Made by a program: the position numbers and the translations under genes
Origin: Nemertoderma westbladi
Lineage: Eukaryota > Animalia > Xenacoelomorpha
DNA length: 36,319 bases
Direction: 5' to 3'
NCBI GenBank assembly: GCA_032718475.1
Contig: JAUCBJ010004456.1
Span: 1 to 36,319 of the forward strand
Shown here: positions 20,964 through 30,469 of the stretch, piece by piece
Position numbering within the stretch: position 1 is the stretch's first letter
Layout of the letters: the number at the start of each line of letters is the position of its first letter
The notes under the pieces: generated by a model
Told to the model about the DNA's origin: nothing
Database searches by the model: none
Seen by the model: only the letters and a program-made list of their open reading frames with translations

Positions 20964-22110
20964 CCGTCGGTGTCCCTACATCCGGTAATGACGTCATTGG
21001 TACCCTTCATCCGGTAATGACGTCATCGTGACCGACGGTGTCCCTACATCCGGTAATGACGTCATTGTGACCGTTGATGCTCCTACGTCCGGTAATGACG
21101 TCATTGTGACCGTCGATGCTCGTACATCCGGTAATGGATCATTGTGACCGTTGATGTTCCTATCCGGTAATGACGTCATTGTGTCCGTCGATGTTCCTAC
21201 ATCCGGTAATGACGTCATTGTGACCGTCGATGCTCCTACATCCGGTAATGACGTCATTGGTACCCTTCATCCGGTAATGACGTCATCGTGACCGACGGTG
21301 TCCCTACATCCGGTAATGACGTCATTGTGACCGTTGATGCTCCTACGTCCGGTAATGACGTCATTGTGACCGTTGATGCTCCTACGTCCGGTAATGACGT
21401 CATTGTGACCGTCGATGCTCCTACATCCGGTAATGGATCATTGTGACCGTTGATGTTCCTATCCGGTAATGACGTCATTGCGACCGTCGATGTTCCTACA
21501 TCCGGTAATGACGTCATTGTGTCCGTCGATGTTCGTACATTCCGGTAATGACGCCATTGTGTCCGTCGATGTTCCTACATCCGGTAATGACGTAATTGTC
21601 ACCGTCGATGCTCCTACATCCGGTAATGACATCATTGTGACCGTCGATGCTCCTACATCCGGTAATGACGTCGTTGTGACCGTCGCTGCTCCTACATCCG
21701 GTAATGACGTCATTGTGTCCGTCGATGCTCCTACATCCGGTAATGACGTCATTGTGTCCGTCGATGTTCCTACATCCGGTAATGACGTAATTGTCACCGT
21801 CGATGCTCCTACATCCGGTAATGACATCATTGTGACCGTCGATGCTCCTACATCCGGTAATAACGTCATTGTGACCGTTGATGCTCCCACATCCGGTAAT
21901 GACATCATTGTGACCGTCGATGCTCCTACATCCGGTAATGACGTCGTTGTGACCGTCGCTGCTCCTACATCCGGTAATGACGTCATTGTGTCCGTCGATG
22001 CTCCTACATCCGGTAATGACGTCATTGTGTCCGTCGATGCTCCTACATCCGGTAATGACGTCATTGTGACAGTCGATGCTCCTACATCCGGTAATGACGT
22101 CATTGTGACA
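20936..22110. repeat. 39-bp minisatellite, about 30 units, with higher-order duplications
   Basis: Unit CCTACATCCGGTAATGACGTCATTGTGACCGTCGATGCT; block ~21001-21260 is repeated from ~21261. Confidence 0.95.
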
Positions 22111-22758
22111 CCCTTTGGTTTCTTATGCGATGCAATAGTAATTAATTATATTCGGTTTTATTATTAAATAACCGTAGCTAACTAAATGTTTATATTCTAG
22201 GACATCGTGGGTCTATTATATTTTATATATGTTGATGCAGAACCCAGAGGCCTCGGGGTCCATTGGGGCGTTATAGTAGATTATATTATTTAATATTCGT
22301 TCTGTACTTAATATTTCTTTTATTTATTGATGTTATTTTTTAGTGACTTTATTTCTATTCAGTTTTATGGGTCAGCTTGTACCTCTTTTTTCGTTGTCTG
22401 TCAGTAACACTTTCCTCTTTTTTAAAAATATTTGGTGTAGGCCAATTTTGGGTCTTAGAATTTTAAACGAGTCGGATTTTGCTGATAAGCAATTTACAAA
22501 GGAACGTAATACAATATTCTACCGGTTCTAGTTGACGTTAAATTATTATATCATACGTTAATATGCTCGCTGAGAGACTCAACTATAACGTGCTTTCAGT
22601 TAATATAATAATATTTGTTTGATCGAAGAATTGCTGTAGGTAAATTTCATTGCATATAATATATTAAATTTTAATTAAAAATTTTATCTGACAATCAACT
22701 TCTTCTCACTAAAATTTGTGGGAAACAGGGCAAGAAATTATTATTAAGTAAAGTACTT

Positions 22759-23073
22759 CAGGCCTCACATGGAACACCTGGAAAACCTGATATACAGGTT
22801 AGGGAATTTCATTTTTTCTTGAAATCTCATGGAAATGTCAGGGAAATGTAGTAAAAGTTTTACAAGTTAGGGAAACTGTAGGGAATGTGATATACAGGAC
22901 ATGTTTCTTAAGCGAAAATCTGTAAAAAATTCTGCTCGTTTCACTAAATATAAATATAAAGTCAGAATTTTTCAAGAAGAAGAAATATAAATAGAACTCT
23001 AATTTAAATTTCTGTCTGTGAATTTGTTTTTTAAAAAGTCAGAGAAAATTTAAACTGAAGTTCGGCAACCCTG
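22759..23073. mobile_element. Degenerate hAT-like MITE
   Basis: Right end GGCAACCCTG, internal (G)TCAGGGAA-type repeats, weak CAGG left end; no TSD found. Confidence 0.35.
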
Positions 23074-23240
23074 CATTATTTTTGGACAGTCGAAAACAGT
23101 TTAAAAATATCCAAACCATCCATGCAAAAATGTGAATAATAAATATTGCATTTAAGTTCCGGTAGTACAGTAGTAGTCTAAATTTAAAATTCTTATGTCG
23201 CTAATATGCGATTACTTTCCCCCCTACAATAACATCAGTA

Positions 23241-23459
23241 TAGGCATAACGAAACCGATACCGGATTACAGTCATTGGATTACAGTACCAGATCAATAGG
23301 CCTAACGAAACTGATACCGGATTACAGTCATTGGATTACAGTACCAGATCAATAGGCATAACGAAACTGATACCGGATTACAGTCATTGGATTACAGTAC
23401 CAGATCAATAGGCCTAACAAAACTGATACCGGACTACAGTCATTGGATTACAGTCCCAG
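23241..23459. repeat. 56-bp tandem repeat, about 4 copies
   Basis: Unit TAGGC(A/C)TAACGAAAC(C/T)GATACCGGATTACAGTCATTGGATTACAGTACCAGATCAA. Confidence 0.95.
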
Positions 23460-24666
23460 TATTTTAATTTAGTACATTTTGTGTAAGAATGATATGTTTA
23501 GCAATGATACAGGTAGTGCACTGCAGTTAGTAAATCACTATTTGACTGCGACGTTTGCATAGAGTCGTAATAACTATGAAATTGTCAGTGTATAATACGG
23601 TAAAATGAGTGTAAGTGCAGCAAGGACCCGCCCTACAACCGTTGGTGCTGCTAGGCCTAAAGCTGTATAGCCTATCTGCTTATCCAAATTCAAGTTATTG
23701 TACCAGCAGACCTGCCTTGGCAGTGGATTTATTATTAGAGTGGTCCTTTGGGGGTTCTTTTATACCTACTGCAGGCCTACTACTACTCGTGTATTCAGTA
23801 CTGCATTCAATGATACTGAACAGGCGCACCGTTTATTCAGTAAACTGTGTTATTGTAATGGGAAGAAAGTAATCTTAATTTGGCGACATAGTAAATGCCA
23901 CTAAATTTTAAATTTATTATAACACACAGTTAAGTTTAGTATTGATTTTCACCTGGTTGCATGGGTGCTTATTTTTAAACGGTCTAACCGTTTTCGGCTG
24001 TTTTCCCAACATATCAAGTGTTTTCGCCAATATTCCCTGAATAACTCGAGATATGCTACCAGGCCTACCACCTGATATAAAGGTTCCAATATTGAGCGTT
24101 GTGTTTTTCGGTTAAACACAATATATCATCATTTATTTATAATATAATTTGTATACATTGTTTGGATGTTGTTTCGTAAAAATATTTTATTAAATTGAAA
24201 GAAAGTTGTAATTACGCGTCAGCGGTAATGCTTACATACCTCTATGGTGATGTAATCTAATGTAAAATTAGTCTCGGTGACTTTTTTAATTTTTAACTTC
24301 CTTGTCATTATGTAGTTTCAGTCAATCAGTCAGTCAATACACTCGGAAAGAATAGTTTGATTTATAGTTTTCTCGATTGAAATTATAGTGACAAAAAGTG
24401 CTTATTTTCATCCCCTTTTATTCAATGCAATTAATTTTTCATGTATGCCACTATACGTAACTGGGCTACTGGGCAATCATACTCGTTGCTAATTGCAACG
24501 AACTAATACTGAAACTAATACTAATTGCTTTGTTTTAATATTCAATAATTGCAATTATACTTTGAAATCTAAATGTATGTGTGTGGGTGTGCACAATACA
24601 TATAGTATTAGTAGTATCTTAATATGCTAAATTAAATTAATTTTTATGCAATAAAATTGTAATCAA

Positions 24667-24815
24667 TATAATTATTTATTACATGGGAAAAAAGTAGAAC
24701 TTTTTTTCATTATTCTCGAGGTATTTTATTTACCGAGCGTCAGCGAGGTTAATGAAGGGTCGAGAGAATATTGAAAAAAAGTTATACTTTTTTTCCCATG
24801 TAATAAATAATTATA
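24667..24815. mobile_element. ~150-bp palindromic MITE; older related pieces at ~19190-19322 and ~18660-18780
   Basis: TATAATTATTTATTACATGGGAAAAAA ... TTTTTTCCCATGTAATAAATAATTATA with core CGAGCGTCAGCGAG. AATATTCTCTCGACCCTT at ~19223 is the reverse complement of its interior. Confidence 0.7.
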
Positions 24816-24934
24816 CTTCACTTTTTTCGCCGAAAAAAAATTAAAATACTAAATTAAATTAAAATACTAAAAGTAAGCCGCAAAATAACTAATTATTTTT
24901 TTTACCGCTAAGAGTAGAAGAACACATACAAGTT

Positions 24935-25675
24935 TTAGAGGTATGACACACAATCTTTGTATTCCTCTATTGAGTTGATTTCACTTGCCGACTCTTCCTT
25001 AGCCGGACTCGATCTGCGTCTCCTACCGTTCACGTACTTATAGTTATAATTCTTATCGCGTATAAATTTATTATCCGCACTCCGCTTGTACATAATATAA
25101 GAAAGGAAGCCAACTACAGCGCCTATATGAATAGCAACAGCCGACAGTAGCGAATAATACCCAATCCTAGTGCCACCAATCTGTTGTTGTATAGCGAAAT
25201 TTCCCATCATGCCGCTAATGAAACAGTAGTGATATAGACACCATTTATCCAACAGCGTTAAGTAGCTGAGAATCGGCAGGCCGGGTAAGGTCAGGTACTT
25301 GAACGCCAAGTTCGTTATCAGTATAATAACGCTGAGGTATAAACGTTTACTGATGTCGTTAGTGGTGAATCCGAAGAAAGTAGTAGAGGATATTAATAAG
25401 TGAATGAGGGCGTTGTTGTATACAAAGAATCCGGGTTTACGTGTCACGTGGAACACGCATCGCATCTCGGGGTTTAGACTCGTCTCCACTTCCGAGTGGC
25501 CCACTGGGTTCCCTTGTGCGCCCTCCGTTCCTTCCTCCAGGTACACGTGTTTGTGGATCTTCCAGGTACTCGCTCTACGGATCAGGCTTAGCTCGATGGA
25601 ACTCCTCGTTTTCGTTTCCTCCTTCATAACAACTTCATCAATATCTCGTTCGCTGGTTATTGTCAATCCGAGTTC
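24935..25675 (-). CDS. Terminal exon of a pentameric ligand-gated ion channel subunit (Cys-less/Pro-loop type)
   Basis: Acceptor TTATACTTTAG|GAA at 25676/25675, in frame (ELGLTITSER). Pre-M1 VTRKPGFFVYN, M2 KRLYLSVIILITNLAFKY, LPILSYLTLLDKW, M3, very short loop, M4; TAA stop. Confidence 0.8.
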   Translation of the reverse strand, partial: ELGLTITSERDIDEVVMKEETKTRSSIELSLIRRASTWKIHKHVYLEEGTEGAQGNPVGHSEVETSLNPEMRCVFHVTRKPGFFVYNNALIHLLISSTTFFGFTTNDISKRLYLSVIILITNLAFKYLTLPGLPILSYLTLLDKWCLYHYCFISGMMGNFAIQQQIGGTRIGYYSLLSAVAIHIGAVVGFLSYIMYKRSADNKFIRDKNYNYKYVNGRRRRSSPAKEESASEINSIEEYKDCVSYL

Positions 25676-26734
25676 CTAAAGTATAATAATGAAAGTATAA
25701 CGCGAACCATCTCGTAGAAATTAAATCATCGCTGTTTGAAGGGGCGAGCTACAAAGTCTATGGACCTTAGCATACAGTTTAATAGGGCCAAACAGACATT
25801 GTTCACCTGTTTTGACTGTCAGTGTCCCACTTAGTGTTTGAACGACAATAATGCGTTGAAATTTGGTTTTGGTAGAATAAATTTAGTTAATTTAGTTAAA
25901 GGTTAATTTCACGCCGGGATTTGTAAATTACCTTCAAATTTCAGAGATTTCTCACTATAATAAAATGCCCATTTATTTCCGTACTAAAACTGACAATTGT
26001 ATGCCAAGGTTGACACTTAGGTGACGTGTGCGAGAAGGCGCCAAAACGTGTTACTACGTGCGTAAATAATTCAAACTCAAAAACTTTGCAAAAATGTCAA
26101 CTTCTGTGAAAAATAGGCAACTATAAAATATACTCAAATAAACTCAACACTAAAATATTAATCTTGCCTTTAGCAAGCTCATCGAAAATCATTCCTCATT
26201 AGAATACGCCTATCCTTAACCCTGTCAGTACCAAGTTGTGGAGTATCATATACTTTGTCAAAAGGTAAAAAAATTTCAATTTTATTTATAACTAATATTA
26301 TTTATAATTAAATACGTAATAAATTTGCTATTTAAGGAATCTGTGCAGAAATGGTTAAAAAAAACCTTAATAAACATTAAGAACCCCCTGGTTTCAGTTC
26401 ATGTCGCTTTGGCCATTAAATATAACCAAAACAGTGTAAAAGCTTTTGCGTCCTAAGCAAAAAAAAAGCAAACAGTCGGCCGAAGCCGGAGGCGACCCGA
26501 AGGCTCCTCTTTCGATAGCTGCTACCCGAGGGTAGGGGTGGGCGCTACTCCTATCCCATGATTTTGCGTCCTAAAATGCGCATTTTAATTGCCGCTAAAC
26601 TCTGTCCCCTACTCCACACGCCCAGCCGTGTCTGGTTGTGGTATCCCATAATTTAATAAACCAATGGAATCTATTTTTCACTTTCTAAATTCTGAATCCC
26701 TTTGTGAAAATGTAAACAGAGCAAGATGGCGGCT

Positions 26735-27310
26735 TTTTTATACTGTATATAATCCATTCGTGGAATCTGACAATGGGTATCTTTTCTGGCACAGTTTGCA
26801 CTCTTCATATCCACTGTGACAAGAATGCCCCCATTGTCTTTGGGTGCCAGAACTATGTTATTTGAAACCAATGGAGCAGGGCCATGGTGATCTTCAATAT
26901 TGTCCTCCTCCTCCATTTTCTCGAGCTCTTTTTGGAGTCATTCTCTTAAATGGAATGACACGGGTCGTGCGTTGGAAGCTACTGGCATTACATCTTCATC
27001 AATGTGTAGTTTAACCTGATAGTCACTGAGCTTTCCTTTCCAGTTCCCGTAAAGATCTCATTGAAATCAGGCCAAGTTGATCCCCAGAAGACCTGAGACC
27101 TCATCTGCATGTGTACAATTAAAAGTTGGGAAGGATTGTTGGTGATTTGGGCTGCCATTGAACTCTATAATACCAAGGGCTTCGGAAGCCCATCCACTAA
27201 GTCTCCACATCCATATCTACAACATAGAACCTTATGTTGGCGAACTGCAATATCATTCATAACTGGCCTTACAAAATATCCAATGCATGGAACTTCCCGT
27301 GAGCCATAAT
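26735..27310 (-). pseudogene. Decayed Gypsy pol fragment (protease end to RT start) from a different family
   Basis: KGKLSDYQVKLHIDEDVMPVASNARPVSFHLRE*LQKELEKMEEEDNIE..GPAPLVSNNIVLAPKDNGGILVTVDMKSAN..IPR; upstream FYVV and SEALGII; internal stop and frameshifts. Confidence 0.8.
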
Positions 27311-28129
27311 CCTCTTATGTATCATATATATATTGCCTTCTATTATGCAGCTATAGAGCATGACTTCATCAAGAAGGAATTCCAACTATTTCTTGATATC
27401 AATTATTTGCTCTTTGCTAGTTCACCAAAACCAATATCCGTAAATGTAACGGCTGGTATCTAAGGCACCTTTTTTTAGTAGGAGAGTTTGTGTTGGTCTA
27501 TCATTCCGTTACTTTATTTCATAAAACACATCCATTATTTATACATATAAACTGCCCCATTTACTAACATTGCGCTACTTTGCTTCCACTAAGCTGCAGC
27601 TGGTATTTAATGTTTATTAGGTTGCGTTTTATATTGTTTAAGTATGGCGTGTTGGTGTCGTTATATTCATTCGCAGAATATTGTATTTTAGTGCGTAAAG
27701 TATTTTGTAAACCCTAAAATGTTCAAGGATACGCTTCTACTTTTAACACTTGCAGCTCTTTTAGCTGTGGAGTGTCTGGGAGAGAGCCATGGGAACTCAA
27801 GTGGGAACTCAAGCGAATTGGTTGAAAGAGACAATGTAAGTCTGTTATTTAATGTAGAATCAATGTGTTTGTAGAGCCACTGAAGTTCTAACTACACTTA
27901 CAACTAACTTTTGCTATTAAAGTTTAACCAAAGCTGCTAACGCGTTCTAGTGTAAGTACGATTGGTACAAATCAAGATTCCGTTTGGCTGTTTACACATT
28001 TGACTTATGTAACCTCTCTGTGTCCCAACTCCTCTCTGACATCCGTATCCTATCTGTCAAGTTACACTGTTCAAACTACAGCAAATTACACGTAATAATA
28101 ATAATATAAAAGTCACTTTTTCGAAATAA

Positions 28130-29030
28130 ATTAGTTTCCTCCGCCGAAGGCATTCCACCCAAGATAAATGTGTATGTAGACCCACCTACCGCCAAAAGGT
28201 TGGGTGCAACCTTCGCCCTCGTACAACCTTCGTCCGCGTCCAATCTTCGCCTTGGGGGTAACCTTCGCCCGCAAGGCAATCTTCGCCAGCGAGCAACCTT
28301 CGCCCAATAAAATTTGTGTTAGTAACCATTTTAGATACCAATTCAGGGAAAGGAGCAGGTTACAGAGACGGGTTTTTCTAACCAAAACAATAAATGATGT
28401 TGTTACCAATTGAGGGAAAGGAGCAGGTTACAGAGACTGCTTTTTCTAACCAAAACATTTATTTAGTTGTCGAAGGTTGCTCGCGGGCGATGTTTACCTG
28501 CGGGCGAAGGTTTCCACTGGGCGACGCGACAGTTGCTCATTTTGAGGGCGAAGATTTCTCCGGGCCGAGATTGGACGCGGGCTAAGCTTTCTCGCTGGCG
28601 AAGTTTGCTGCGTACCCCGCCAAAAGGCCACTCACCTATTACACGTTCGTGGGGCCTTCGCGCAGCACGAAGTGAGCAAAGCCTTTATCATATGAGCACC
28701 ATAAACGAGTTGTCTGCCGTTAGTCAGAAGTCTTCAACACAATACTCGTCCTCCTCTTGTGTCTCGTTGCGTTCGTTTGTTTTTGACCAAACTTCAGATT
28801 CTTTCTAAACTTTTGCCGGACTACATACGTTCCAAGTTTCGTTTAATTTCATCGAGGAATAACCGAGTTATTAGCGTTCAAAAATTTACGACGACAGACG
28901 ACGAGGACAGACGACGACGACAGACAACTCGCCAATGGCACCCATATGCTAAGGCTTCGTTCACTTCGTGGCTCGCCCCACATAAAAGATAAGTGTGTAT
29001 GTAGACCTACCTACCGCCAAAAGGCCCCCA
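28130..29030. mobile_element. Non-autonomous element (HINE/DINE-like?) with GAC/AGAC microsatellite and an internal direct repeat
   Basis: AAGATAA.TGTGTATGTAGACC.ACCTACCGCCAAAAGG at ~28161 and ~28986; ACGACGACAGAC tract 28888-28926. Class is inferred. Confidence 0.45.
28198..28616. mobile_element. 419-bp MULE-like MITE with 9-bp TSD, nested in the previous element
   Basis: CCGCCAAAA at 28189-28197 and 28617-28625; termini GGT...ACC; (C)TTCGCC motifs on the left and GGCGAAG motifs on the right; removing it restores the sister-copy sequence. Confidence 0.75.
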
Positions 29031-29352
29031 CTTACTCCACCAAAGCCGGGCCCCAGCAGTCCCAACTTACGGGCCCCTACTCCTCCACTTAACCCCCCCC
29101 CCCCCGCACAAATATGATAGAGAGACTTTCCAGCAGATGAATAAACTTTGTTCTAGAATGGTGATGACTACACTCATATTTTAAATTGTAACTATACCGA
29201 TGTTGTATTGTCAGAAAATTTACTAACTAATATTTGTGTTGTACTGGGTGTTATCTTTTGATACTAAACTGTTTTCCTTGGCTACTTATTGTGTTAGTAC
29301 CGCGTTTTCTGTGGTGGGTAAACTAATAATAGATTCGTCGAGCATACATATA

Positions 29353-29374
29353 TCTATACCTATAAAAATCAAAT

Positions 29375-29411
<37 letters not shown>

Positions 29412-29672
29412 TCGAACTCCTCCAAAACGGGCAGAGGGATTGGGCTGGAACTTGGCATGTGTGTATAACATTAACCAGCGGTCGTTATAGGCCACTTTTC
29501 GAAAAGTTTAATTCACGTTCGGTACCGGTACTGGGTACCGGTACGTCAGTAGGCCGTTACTGGGTACCGGTACGTCAGTAGGCCTATACCGGTCAGCCGG
29601 TACCAGTACGCCAGTAGGCCTATGCCGGTAGCGGGAAATACCGGGTAACATGTCTCGGGTATTGCCTGCTAG
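29353..29672 (+). mobile_element. Non-autonomous Helitron
   Basis: A|TCTATACCTATAAAA 5' end, (TC)n tract, imperfect GC-rich hairpin GCGGGAAATACC...GGTATTGCCTGC, then CTAG|T; no TSD. Confidence 0.75.
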
Positions 29673-29962
29673 TTTATATATAATTACTTAACTTGTGTTT
29701 TATATGTTTACTAAATTTTAGTCTAGCATTACCAATTACCACACTGGACTCTTAGGTTACAATAACTCAGATACACTTCTGTTATTATTATTAATAACGT
29801 GGTGAAAATAAAAGAAATGAGAACACAATTGTGTTATGTACTATTTATTATCTCAGCGATAATCTCTCCATTAAAAAGACCATGAAATACAATAACATCT
29901 GCATCCATTTTATGTGATATTCCAATGTGCCTATATTAGGAATATATAATCCAATATTCCAA

Positions 29963-30018
29963 CATGACCTACTATAGATCTATATCTATATTATAGATGC
30001 TATCTATAGTAGGTCATG
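29963..30018. mobile_element. 56-bp P-like inverted-end remnant with 7-bp TSD and filler
   Basis: ATTCCAA|CATGACCTACTATAGAT-22 nt filler-ATCTATAGTAGGTCATG|ATTCCAA. Confidence 0.8.
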
Positions 30019-30237
30019 ATTCCAATATTTCTGTGAGCGAAACGATTTGAATCTGAATAACTGCTCATACGATATGATTTGAATCTTTATTTTTTTTTTT
30101 TTACTCTTGGTGTGCTAAATATTGCAAAAAATGCAAAAATAATTTCAGATTACCAAATTATTTCAGTCATTTCAGTTTTGGGTTTCAGTTTTATGAAACG
30201 GTATTTAATTATAATGTACAACATTTATTATAAAACC

Positions 30238-30254
30238 ATCTATAGTAGGTCATG
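30238..30254. mobile_element. One-sided 17-bp P-like end remnant
   Basis: AACC-ATCTATAGTAGGTCATG|AACCATA: the left flank AACCAT repeats the right flank and overlaps the arm by AT. Confidence 0.65.
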
Positions 30255-30469
30255 AACCATATAAGTTTTTACTAATAATTGGTCAAACGAATCGTCTCAG
30301 CTGTCTGTAACAGTAAAGGATTACACACAAATACATCAGGATCAGTGAATTACTAGTGATGGGGTTCGTCACATTTATCATCTGAATAAACTTCAACTTG
30401 TTTTGATTCTATTCTTTGTTCTGATTCAATATGGGATAGCTGTTGTTTCCCAATTTGATATGATCTTTT

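Noticed and set aside
20994-22167. Repeat ORFs, or a CRISPR-like array
   Set aside because: Head-to-tail 39-bp units with no unique spacers, indels break frames, eukaryotic context, no cas genes.
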